The translations under genes and the position numbers were made by a program. 64,000 nucleotides of DNA from Oculina patagonica (Eukaryota): assembly GCF_052425735.1 (NCBI RefSeq), contig NC_135760.1:10602001-10666000 (forward strand), given 5' to 3'. The notes beneath the pieces were generated by a model. The model was not told the DNA's origin. It saw only the letters and a program-made list of their open reading frames with translations, and did not search any database. Of the stretch, positions 36,801 to 49,800 are shown piece after piece; position 1 is the first letter of the stretch; each line of letters begins with the position of its first letter.

Positions 36801-39800
36801 TATTTCGGGCTGATCCAAACCAGCCTTCTTCAGGTACAATGGAGTTTACATTGGCTGTGTTTACATTGGCTCGAGTTTACATTGGCTGTGTTTACCATTG
36901 GTCTGTGTTCTACCAGTTGGCTGAGTTTACATTGTTATGCTAACACAGCCAATGTAAACTCCATTTGTTTCCTCTGTATAGTGGCTGGTTGTGAACCAGC
37001 CGAAATATCGTTAGGATAAGAAGCTAAGTGCATTCTACGTATATATACGTTCATTTATTTTCAAATTCATTAAATGTGTAGTCCCACCGACCTCTTTTAG
37101 GACCGTCGTGTAACCAATCCTCGTCGTCCAGTTTCTTCTTGTCGGCGTCTTCCTCTTCCTCCTCCTCTGGGGGTTTCTTGATGATGATGGCGATTATGAG
37201 GGCGATTCCAAGGATTTTGATTGGTTGACTGATGAGCACGTCTTGAAAAAACGATATCAACATGGATGAAATCCACTGAGCAGATTTCTCTTTGCCAAAC
37301 TGCAACCCGTACAGGACACAGAAGAAAGCTGTCGTGAAACATGTCAGGAAGCAGATGACCCAAGCGATGTAGAGAAACCAATATGGCAGGAGCTTCTTCT
37401 TCTTCTTCTTTTTCTTTTTCATCTTTTTTTCCATTTCCTCCTTTCGCTCTTGTTTGGAAATTCTGAAGCTTATATCCTCGGATTCCACGCCTAAGCCTAG
37501 CGCAACTTCATCGCTTTCTGCCAAGTTTGTCTTTGAACTGAAGTCCAAAAACTGCTCTTCTTGTTTGGAGCCCGTATGCAGAATTTCGATGAAGTCGTTC
37601 TTGTTGTTTTTGTTGAAGTCGAAGAAGCAGAAAAACAACTCCTGGAACCACCAGCAGGTTCGTTTGCTGCGCCTCTCTCTGAGTTCTTCCTTTGTCGGTT
37701 TCGCTTCAACATTACGAAAGATTCCCACGATGAGGAGGTTAACTGGGATGATTATCAAACTGCTCATGATGCCGATTCCAATCTGCGCTGGACTGAACGC
37801 CAGGGGTCCAATCTGAAGTGTAGAGGCAGGATCAGATTCACCTCCAACCTGATAGAACATAGCGTTTGTGATCATAGAACAGTACAGCAGTGTTAAGCAA
37901 CAGGTTATGCGCTGAAGCCGCGTGAAACGACTCTTCGCAGGGCGGATGAAGACTGAGAACCAGAGGTGGCCATCAGCCAGGTTCTTCTGAGTGGTGGAGT
38001 AAAAGAGATGGTTGAAGCTCGTCATTTCATCGTGGCCTGCCACAGGAATTAACCTGTCGACCGTGCCATCACCTTCTTCTACTGCTAGCCAACTCTCGCA
38101 GATGAACAAGAACTTCTTGTCGTTGTTGAGGTCGTGAACGAGCACTCGACTTACATACCACGACGGTGAGCGACCTGCCATGAAAAAAGAAAGGAGTTAG
38201 AGAGCCGTTTGAAACGTGGTACAAAAATGGTACATGTTTGAGTTGGAAGCCCATGTAAAAAACTGTTAATTGTGAAAAACGGAGGTCAAAACAATGTGAA
38301 ACTTGTAGAAATCAACTAAGACGTGGCGTTGTGGAACGAGACAAGCGGTCTAGATCTGGATTGAATCACTGGTCGGGATCCCTGTGTTGTGTTCTTGGGC
38401 AAGACACTTTACTTTCATGGAGCCTCTCTCCACCCAGGTCTATAAATGGGTACCAGTGAATTTAATGCTGAGGGGAGGGGGGGGGGGGAGTAACCCTGCG
38501 ATTGACTAGCATCCTATCCAGGGGGGGGGAGTATAAATAGTCCTAGTCACTTCTTGCTACCGAAACCGGAGATATTAAAGCGCCGGCGTGATGCGATAAA
38601 GGCTCGAACGCGAAGTTTACCTTTATTACCCGATGCGAACATTTCCTGAAATCAAGCTTACCTGCATTATTATGCCATAGATGTAAGTAATTCAGTTCTC
38701 CAAAGCTTTCCGGAAACGTTGCCAAAAATACATCAATTCCACGTCGCTGAAACGTCTTACGTTTGGGATCTTTCAGCATGCGAGGCTCACTTTCACCTTC
38801 ATCTCCAGAGAGGATAAAGCTGACGTCAGCAGTAGTTCCCGCTTTTTTACCGTACCCCGTGTACACAGTTATCTCGTAATGGCACTGGTCATAAGGCTCG
38901 TTGTCTTCTAAAGGAGTTACTCCAGCCTGGAATAAAATAACATAAGATTTATTAGAAAAAAAAGCTGGCTTGGAATTACAAGTTTTTTTAACCGTATGTA
39001 AACAAGGAATAGGAACTTTTCAGCTGAGGTTCACGTGATAAAATTTCTATTAAAAAGATTGTATATTATGGAATATGGAGGGCAAGCTCTTGCCCTGCAG
39101 CAACATTTTTCATACAAATATTCATAATGTTTCAAAAAATACTTTTTTTTTTCTCTCCCTAACCCTTTAATGCTAGGGGCCTCAAACTTGGCCATTTTGC
39201 TATTTCAGATATGCTCTTTCCATTTTTGGCATTCATTAAGTGATAGCCCATAATTTTACAAAAAGTAGGTCACGTGATGGCCTAGCTACAAAATGCCTAT
39301 AAGCGATCAGAATATGCGTATAGTTAGTGCCCAGGTAATAAATCCTACAAATTAGGTAAGTGGTATATTATTTGAGCTGAAAATGGGTTTCAGAATGAGA
39401 TACCCTCCAAATGAAATAAAGCAAAAATTAAACATTTCATACCCGACCGATATCCTTTTTGTCTTCTCTTCGAGCATAAATAGCTAATATCATATAGACA
39501 CCAAATATTCCCAGAACAGCGGCCAGGGCGACTGGATTCTCTGCTAGATTGGCGTTGAAGACTTTGTTGAAGTCGATCGGGTTTGGCGCCACGAACATGC
39601 TACCTGTGAAGAAATGTTAACATCATACTGTTGAGTAGCGTAAAAGAAGCTCTCCTTCAGTAATCCATTGCTTGCTTCGAAGCTTTCAAACGCAGTGCTC
39701 TTGCCCGGAGCAAAATTTAACCGGCCAATTTGAACTGCCACTCAAATTCCTTAAGTCCTCTACTTTCCAGGCAAAAGAGAACGTTTTCTTGGTTTTGCAC

Positions 39801-40820
39801 TTCACGGTTGGAGCTTTAGTTGTGAGGGAGCTGCACGAATCACAAAATTTCAAAATGAGAAATTATAACCTTGGGTAGGCGCTCTTTCGAGGATATACTA
39901 CTCTATGCGTGTGTTATGACTCAATATCTTACTGAGCAATCCTTACTTGCAATACTAGTTTTAAAGAATAAATCACGGATTTTGCTTTCGCTGCGTCGGC
40001 AAACTAGACAGTCTAGACTGTCAATATTGACGAAAAAAGTGTATTATTGAAGGTGTCTTAGTTTTGTAGAAGTGCCAAAAAGTTTCATTATAAACCAAAC
40101 GTTTCGAAGGGATAACAACTTAGCCCTTCATCAGTGGTTGAATTGGTCGACCAATTCACCACTGATGAAGGGCTAAGCCCGAAACGTTTGGTTTATAATG
40201 AACTTTTTGGCACTTACAATACACTTTTTTCGCAATTTTTTACTTACTTGCAATGTTCACTTTGCTCACGCTTCTTCGGAATCGCTTTCTTGTGACAACC
40301 TTTTTAACAGTCTGAGTTTGTACGTTGCCTTCAGATGCAGCAGTTGTTGGTGCCAAAGTAGTCGTAACGAGTTCTTCGACTTCCTCTTCGATTTCTTCCG
40401 CGTCATCCTCACCCGGTGTACACAAACAGTGTGTACTGTTCGCGATGGTTTTTGGTCCAACCTGATGTTAACAAAACAGTAAAAAGACTGTTAAAAAAAA
40501 CATCTCGAGGACATGAGCATTGCCCCGTTCTAACATTCACAATGATTGTTCGTTTGTGGTAGCGGCAATATCTGTATTTGTCAAGGAATACCTATTTTCA
40601 TACAAACCGGAAACGTTCTCTTACTTTTAAAGTGATCACTTTTTTTCGGTGTTTGTATCTAGTTTGAACTAATTGTTTTAGCAAATACTGAAAAAGGATA
40701 GTGATCAGAATCCTACAAGTAAGCCAACAATTGAGAAAGGTTTTCCTTTGCACTAAAAAAGCCCACACAAACGTAGTTTATTTAACAATTAGACTACGAG
40801 CCCAAATTTTCTATGAGCAA

Positions 40821-40856
<36 letters not shown>

Positions 40857-40857
40857 A

Positions 40858-40893
<36 letters not shown>

Positions 40894-43800
40894 GAAACTC
40901 TAAAGGATTGCAGTCCAAAACCTTCAATATTGTGCACTTTGGAGACAAAAATCAAGAAAATTTACCGCTCAAAGAGCTACGCGAGCGCGCGACTGTTTTC
41001 TATCGACGAATAGAAATCAGTGGGAGAACCAATCAGATTCGCGGATTTCCATTAGAACACAGCTGAGTTTCTACTAAAAGTGATTATTAGACACTCAACG
41101 TGCTCATTTGGAAATCCGCGAATCTGATTGGTTCTCCCAGCCTGAGTTTTCTGAGCGAATAGTCAACGAGACGCGGCCGAGATGACTATCGCTCATAGAA
41201 ATGAGGGCGAGTAGTCTTATTGTTTTAGTAGAAACTTTAAAACATTAAGAAAAAATGCCCCTTTGAAGAGCTAAGCGATCGTGTTCAATTTAATATAAGT
41301 AGAAAGCGATGAGAGAGAGTCCATCATATTCGCAGATTTTCAATAGACCACGGTAAGTGACTTTTACCTGCTATATGAAGTAAACAAACCCGAAAAGATA
41401 CTTTAAGCGATCGATGTTTGGGACAAATTTAGAATGATTCGTACAAAGACCAAGTCATAAGCTAATAACGTTAAGTTTATTAAAAAAGGTAGGCCGCATA
41501 AAATGACTTTCATACCTTGCAGCCTATTGTTGTCCAAGTGTTCTTTTCTTCATTAAACATTTTGCATGAAGGCAGGTAGATGCGCAGTGCATAGCTCGTG
41601 TTCACATCACCACTCAAGTCATCCTTGTTAATGATTTTCACGCCCAAATAAAACTGCTTGGCGGTCACATTCGCTAGCAATGTGGCCAGATCCGTACCAT
41701 TATCGCTGCCATTTTGACCATTTATCAACAGAGGGTTGATTAGTACATGTGGGATCACGTAGGTAAACGGATGAGGCCTTTTCTTCATTTTCTTCGCTTC
41801 TGTCTGACTTGGGAAATTATGTCCGAAGTCGTAATGGTTCGCAGTCGGTTTTTTGTCGTACCTCACTGCAACCATGAATTTGATGTCTGGATGAAAGAAT
41901 TTCATCTCTATAGCTATGGCCGCCTCGATGCTGGAGCGATTGAATTTATGCACACGCATCGGCGGATCGTCATCTGCAAAGTGGTTAAGCTCCATAGGTT
42001 TTACTGGGTTTACCTTGAGATTCCGAGGAACAAACATTTCTAGTTGTTGTCCTGCTAAGTCAAGTGGTTTGCCGTTACCATCCGTGAGTGATAAACCCAC
42101 TGTCTTGGAATTCAAATCGCTTGAGCTGTTATCCCAAGCAAACGGATTCTTATCCATGGCTGACAACTAAGTACAAGGAAAGAAAACGTATCTTACAGTT
42201 AGAAAAAGAAAGTGAACTGTAGATATTTGAGTAAATGCAAACTAATACCAGTCTTTCTGTATACACGCATTGCACACCTATTGTTGTATTGCGCATGAGC
42301 GAAGAGGAGAGGCAAGTCAAGCTATTAGTAGTTATTTTAAGACGATAATAAACGAAAGCAAATGTAGTTTAATCACTTGGCAGCCAATCGTCTCCTTATC
42401 CTGAACTGACGACTGACATCTCGGATACCTTATTATAGGAAATTAACGTTCCATTTTATTAACGCGAATTTCAAAATTTCGCGTTATTTTTTTTATTTTT
42501 ATTTATTATAAACATTTTTTTTATATATTTTTATCCAAATTTTTTTTTAATTTCTTTTTTTTTTTTTCCCCTTTTTTTTTTTCCTTTTTTTAATTCTCCC
42601 TTTTTTTTTTCTTATAAAGTAACGCATTTTCCAAAAGTATTTACTTAATACCAAGATTGCTTTTTCAATACATCCGTTTACTTCTATAAAAAAAGAAATT
42701 AGTAAGTAGTAAGTATGCAAACATGAATAAGAATGACGAGAGGATGGAGAACAGCCAACAATAAAGAAAACGCCAAAAAGAACCATCCCGAGCAAAATGA
42801 CTAAATAAAAATAATTAACTAATAATGACAGTTATAATGATACTAATAATAAGCAATTACATGATCTTTAACGTGAGGGGTAAAGAAGCCTAAAAACATT
42901 CAGAGCTTATAACGGGATTTGAACCCATGACCTCCGCGATACCGGTGCGTCGGTCTACAAACTGAGTTATAAAGCCTTACTTTGGAGCAAGGTACCTTTT
43001 GTGGGTTACATCTTTTCCATAAAAAATTTTTTCCTCCCTTAAATTTTTTTTTTTGAGAAAATTTGTTTTTAGGGGGGGGGAATTTTTTAAATTCATTTGT
43101 CCCGACAAAGTTTTTTTTTTTTTTTTTTGTAATTCCCCCAAAAATCCGGTACTTCTATTTTGTCTCGGTGGTCCTTGCAAATTCACGTTCGTTTCAAATA
43201 ACATTACTTATTCTGATAGAGCGGTTTTCACTTGAGTGTCGAAAGTAAGTTGCGTTTGCTTTGGTTTTGTATTACTTCGATTAGTGATTGGCTTAAAAAT
43301 CTCTCGCCACTTTCTCAGCCAATCAGAACTAAAACCAAAACCAATCGTGACTCACTCGGGCACTTTTTCCCGCGCTTCGTGCCAGCTACACGTATTTGCT
43401 TCGAGTTTTGATTGGTTCACTGGATTTTCTGTGTCCTTTGTGATTGGCCAGAGTAATTACTTTGGTTTTGGTTTTACAACACTCAATTGAAAACTGCTCT
43501 ACTACTGATGATAATATTAATAAAACTAACAATAAAAGCATTAATAATATTTTTACTAACAGTTGAACCAATAGCACTGGTAGCTCCTTCATCAACAGAG
43601 GCGTTGGCTCCTCCAAACAGCGCCATGGGGTCAGGTAGTCTAACTCCCCCCATCCCCTCCCCCTCTTCGGCATCCTCGTCATCGTCGGCTCCACCGATGC
43701 TGTCTAGAGTCTTTCTGCCAACAGACATGTCCAAATTTGGCGATGAAATCGATTTAGGTTTGTCCCCAGCCGCTAACTGCTTTAGGAGAGCACCGCTGAC

Positions 43801-46800
43801 CTTGTCCACTACACCGAGGGCATTCTTGGTGTTGTTTTGACTTTTGCTCTACGAGTGAAAATGAAAGGAGAGTAGCTGTTGTTAGGAAGCAGAAGATCTT
43901 TTTTGTGAAACAATTGGGCAACCATTACGCGTCATAAAATCCAAAATGGTGGCTCGCGGGAAATTTAAAAGCCATATTAACCTTTTCCATTTTTTGTTTC
44001 TATTTAAGGGGCTTTGTCACGGATTTTACCAGATTTTTGAACAGCCAAAATTTATATTTGTGTGGCAGGAAACCTAAATATAATGGTCCATTTTTAATTA
44101 AAAATTGTTATATTAGAGCACTGAGACCGTTAACGAGCGTCTTTGGCTGCGGATGGCTCGGCCATAGACATGGATTGCATTTTCAGAAAGTAAGGCTAAA
44201 CTTTTCAAGTTGTTTCCGTGCGTCTTCCAAACAAAATCGATTTTAATAGCCGTAGCTTGATTTCTATCCGCAAATTAAGGTTATATCTTCCTTTAGATAT
44301 TTAAAGCTAATGTTTTTTATGGGTTAAGTTGCCTACCACTAATTTAACAGTTTGGACCAAAAATTTGCGAAATCTTCGTGATGTAGCTCCTTTAAATGGT
44401 ATTTCTCCCTCGTTCTATAAAATAGGAAATTTGGAATTTAGGCATTATTTTAAACAATTCGACGTCAACTTGTCAAAAGACTGGAGGTTCTGGAAAAATT
44501 TCCGTACAAGTACTCACCGGATCGCCCGCGGAAGTCCCATTCGCGGCTTTTTGATACGAGTCGATTGAGGCTCCTACAACGTTGCCAATAGCAGATCCCA
44601 GGCTGTTCGCTACATTCTCCACGTCACGTGCACTGTCACTACTGGATAGGAAGTCACCCATCTCACCTAACGCGTTCACGGTAGCGTTCTGTCGAAAAAC
44701 ACGTACAAACGTGTCAGTGATTGTGTAGTGTTTCTCGACACCCACACGTGCACGAGTAGAAAGAAAGGCAGTAAGACAGCTACAACTCATCATCTTCCAC
44801 TGCGCAATATTATTAGACATTCTATTAGAGCGATTTTACAAACCTCGACTCTTACATGCTAATGAGCATCGTTAAATGCTAATGATAAAGACCAATAGAG
44901 ATTTCTGATTTGTTTTCAAACCAGCGTGCGTTCGACCTATGTCTCACATGATATGGTAAACGACAGCAAACAGAACTTGAACTTGCTTGAGCTATTTTTA
45001 AGCGGTGGTGAACAATCTTCTAAAAAATGTGCGTCTAGCAGAATTTTCAAGCCATATTTCAGCGGTCTCGTCGTCTCGAATTTTTCTTGGACGCATTCTC
45101 AAAGTATCCATTTCTTTTGTAAGGCTAAAAAGGTCCCAGGCTCGCTTAGCATTAAACGATGATTCTCATTAGCATGTAAGAATCGAGGTTTGTGAAATCG
45201 CTTAGTGTGGTGTCGAGTGTTAGTAGTAGATAAATGCAGACAACGAGGGCTCCAACATGGCGTTTCCATACTGTGCTCTCTAAATTTGTGTGGAACATTT
45301 TGACGGATAACTCGAGTACGAAATATCGTACAGACCTGAGACTTGGACACGTAGACTATCTAGTATTTTGTTACAACCTGTAATACCTTATTATAGGAAT
45401 TACGCGTTGATACGCGAATTCAAACATTCGCGTTAAGTCGCGTTTTGTTACGTTATTTGCACCGTTAAGTGGAGCGTTCCATGACGTATTGGACACTCGA
45501 GTCAGTCGGACTCCAAGGAAAAGCATATACTGCACGAAGAGAACGAGGGAGACCGACTGTTGGAAACGCCTAGTGGAACTGCTGTGACGTCGCGTTTCCT
45601 CAACCCCCCTCTCGCGATTCCATGGGAGATGCGAGTGGTTAAACCTTAACACAAGCGAATAAATAAGGTATTTTTGATTTTTTTTGACTCAATAGCGTTT
45701 GATTTATTTTTTTGCAGCGCGTGACATGACAGTAGCGTAACTGACGTGTCAGTGAAAACCAGCAATTCCTGACTTTAGCAGGAATTAACCTGTTCATCAG
45801 GTCTCCCAAAGAACAAGTCTTGTGGGACGCGTTTCTCGCGTTATTTGCGCTCTACTAAGTGCAGTTGGATAATTAACGCAGATATTTCATACAGGGGCAA
45901 AAAAAAAAAAGGAGAACGTACAAATAAGCAGATGATGGATTGCTCTTTTCTTTAAATTGGTCACGGTTTGTGCAGCTCGAAAAATTTGGCCTAGTTCTCA
46001 TTAAGTTGGCCTTTTGTTTAGTGTTTTCGATACCTGCCTGACCATCCTGCATGTACTATTTTTGTGAGAACGTTGAGGCTGAGATTTGCCCCAAAATTTA
46101 AGAAAATGCATGGGCTAAAATAAGAACATCCTCAGGCTAAGCCAAATTTTACGCGTTCTTATAAAAAGGAGTTTTTTGTTCTGTTGATTATAACGGTTTT
46201 TTTTAAATACCTCGGCAAACTTTTGAACTATTCATTTTAACCTCAAAGAATGTATATTAAAATTGAAGTTTATGTTTTCACCTGAGCATCCTCATCAACT
46301 TCGCCGGTTGCCTGTGTCAATGAGTTAAGTGCTTCTCCTTTCATCGCCACACCGTCAAAATCTTTAACAGGGAGCTGACTTAACTGGTCCGCTACTTTGC
46401 CACGGAACTGAAAGAACAAATATATACAATTAGTTTTAAGTGAAGCAAACGTGCTGTTGGTTTGTGCAAACTTTGATAACTGCACGAGCGGACTGTTTCG
46501 CGGTCATATTCCGGGTATAATACCGTATTTTCTCCCGTATTTTAAGCTTGGCCCGATAAAGCCGGTCGTTTATTTGATTCCAGCAGTTTATTTAAGCCCT
46601 ATGTTTCTAAGAAATGATTTTTATTCATTATTTTTGACAGCCATATATGCAGACAATATTTCCAAAGCATATTAAACTTTAATTTGAATAAATATTTGAG
46701 AGGTTTATTTTCAAATACAGCTAGAGACCCGGCGTTTATTCGGGGCCCGGCGTTTAATAGAGAAAATACGGTAACTTGTATCGTTTACACGAACAAGGGC

Positions 46801-49800
46801 TGGAGCAATTGTTGTCAGTACCAGTCTCACTCGTAACGGCAAACGAAGCAGAAAAAGGTCCCCCATAGATTGTACCGGGTCTCCAAGGTGAAGTTGCAAA
46901 TAGGCCTCTCGGGTATTTATTGAAGGTATTATACGGTTGAGTTTATTGACTACATTAGCCAGAAGCCAGATACATTTTTGTCGAAAATAATGAATAAAAA
47001 CCGTTGCTTAATGAAAACCGGGCTCGAATCATGAACTGAAGGAGTCAAATAAACGACGGGTACATGCACCAGGACGGCCGGGATTAGGGAGCGGGAAGCC
47101 GAAAGTTATTTAATAGGGGTGATAAATAGTTACAGAAAATACTGTAATGTCGTTCGCAATGGCCACTGGTTAGAATTTTAAACGGAAAAAAGTCCCGCCT
47201 GAGGAGTGCCCACGGGATTTAAATTTGGGTGTTAGTCTTATTTAGCCAGGAAGCAGTCCCCCCCGACGGCGCCGGGACGGCCGGAGGGGACGCGAGAGGG
47301 AAACAGGAGACGCGCGCCCGGGACCAGCCGGAGGCCGACGCAGAAGAGAACGTGGATTTGGTAAGGGTTGGGACGAGAATGAGCCAGCAAACAACTATTC
47401 AGTATTCAAAAAGACTGTGCATGCGTTCCTTTTCCGTCATCTTGTGTTTCTTACCGCGGCTCGTTCATCTGCTGCCGAGCTGTCGTTTCCACCCTTTCCC
47501 GCCTTAGCGTTCAACACGGAACTGGCTGCTCCAGCGAGCTGAATTGCTTTCTGATCACCTCCCTCGTCACCCGCGGCACTCTGCATGTCTCCGAACACTT
47601 GATCGTAATCAACCGAGACTGGTTCTAGAACCTGAAAAAAAAAAAAAGAAGAAAACAACATAAAATCAGATTAAGGCTGGTCGTGTTTCATTTCTTTTGC
47701 CTGAATAATAATAACTAGAATAAAGTATACCCGGAAACTTCGCTTCTATCTTAAACGACCGAGTTGCTTCGGTTTTGATATCCTGCGTTACTTATAAATA
47801 CACTCTTTTTTGTTTCTTTAAGACTAAATAGCGAGGTCGTAATTTGCGAAATTTTGAGACGATTTTAAGAATAAACCGGAGGCTGAGATTTTTAAAAGAA
47901 TATAATTTGTGTGTTGAAATTTGGAAATTCAATACAAATGTATGTTTTCATCTAAAACTCAGTAAAATTCTTCCTTTCTTTAAACGGCAAACCTGGCCAA
48001 AAATAAAAACAACAAAACCAGCACTAGCCAATATGTTTGATGCTAATATAAACATTTCTGCAAGAAGTTATACGCCAAACACTTGTAATTCATACCCCAA
48101 TACATTCTAAAATGGAAACGGTCATACATTTAATCTAAGAATATTCACAAGAATATTTTCAGCTTAAAATCGACAGAAAAATAAGAATATTCAGCCTGGA
48201 CCGGAAAAACAATATTCTTATAGAAAAAAAGAGTGTACAGGAATAAAGACTGCCAGCCAATGTCATTTTTAGTGCAGAATGCACTATTGTGATGGTTTGT
48301 TGGGGCTGTCGTTCGCTTAACCCCTAAACCACTAAACCACTAACGCGCAAGGCGCTATGGTGTAAACTTTAATAGTCAATTAATTAACTAATATCAATTA
48401 ATTAATTAATTATTCCTGTGGAGGGGATGGGGGTGGGGAGCACCTAACAATACGCCTCAGGTAAAACGCGGAGCATATCTACGTTACTTTCATATGAAGA
48501 TTTCAACGGTATATATTTGTTTTAGAAAACCCTTTGCTCTCCTTGTGGTACTATTCTTCCTAGGGCAAAGAACTTTGTGCCAAACGCATGCGCAGATTAG
48601 TCTACGTTATATCCTCAGGAACATTGCGTGTATCACGTGTTCTGCGGTAGGTTTCATGCAGGCTTCGTGGAGCCAAGTTAAAACCGTAAACAAATTAAAT
48701 TAGATTTGAGACTTTCACAGCGCTTTCGTAATTAAGTATGCAAAAACTTGCACCGGGATTTTCGGCGCGAAACTCCTAAGAACAAGGGAACAAATACCCT
48801 AGCTGTACCGCGCTTTAAAAAAGCCTTTCGAAAGTGCTGTTTTTTATTTGATTTGTTCTTTACTTTTTGAAAAACGTTTTTCAAGCAGTTAAAACCACAA
48901 CTTTATTAAATTAAAGTGAAATAGTTGACTTTATTATTAAAAGCAAGACAACTACCATCGGTGTAGCCGTGAAAAACAAAAGTATCATGTTACAGCATTT
49001 GCAAGGGAAACAAAAGTGTCTTGCTACCAGCAAATAACAATGTTGTTATGGTTGCAAAGATAAGCGTAAGGAACTCCTGGGAAGGAACACAAGTGGTGTT
49101 TGATGGAGACCCACTAAAAAGTATCCGAACATTTAAGTTGAAATATCTGAGAATGCCACTAAATTCGCTTCTTATTTGTTTATTCTTGCGGGAACAGTTC
49201 TAATTGAAACTACACTCCTACGTGAAAAACAGATCTCAAGTTGCCGCTCGCAAATAAACATGAACGTTGTCGCGTGATTTAGTTGTCACGTTTGGTCATT
49301 CAACATGTTACAAGTACACATGAAACAGCGTTTCAGACTGAAAGGTAAAGCGAAATTTTCCTGGAAAATTATTATCATGCAGTCAATTGCTTGGCCATAT
49401 TGCATTCTGCACTGTCCTTTAAGTCTCTGAGTAAGTGTCCCTTATCTTATAAGAAGGACGGAGGCGGATGATGATAATGAAGATGACAGCTCGCTCTTAC
49501 CCTCACGTTAAATTTGGTCTCGCTGGCTCCAAGATAATTGTCCATAATTTTCACTCTGACTTCAATCGTATAGTTGTGCTCCGGCTTGCCGAGAGGAAAA
49601 ATAGCTGTCATCTTGGGCTCTAGGCCTGCAGACAGTGGGATGATTTCATCGCCATTCTTTAGCTCTGGAAAATATAGAAAGACGGTTAAAAAAGGAGCTG
49701 TGCTGACTATTTCCAAAAAGTACGGCAATTAAAACTCAACAGATGTGTTATGAAACGGAAATAAACATTCAGGAGATTCTTTTATAATTTTTTTCGGCGC

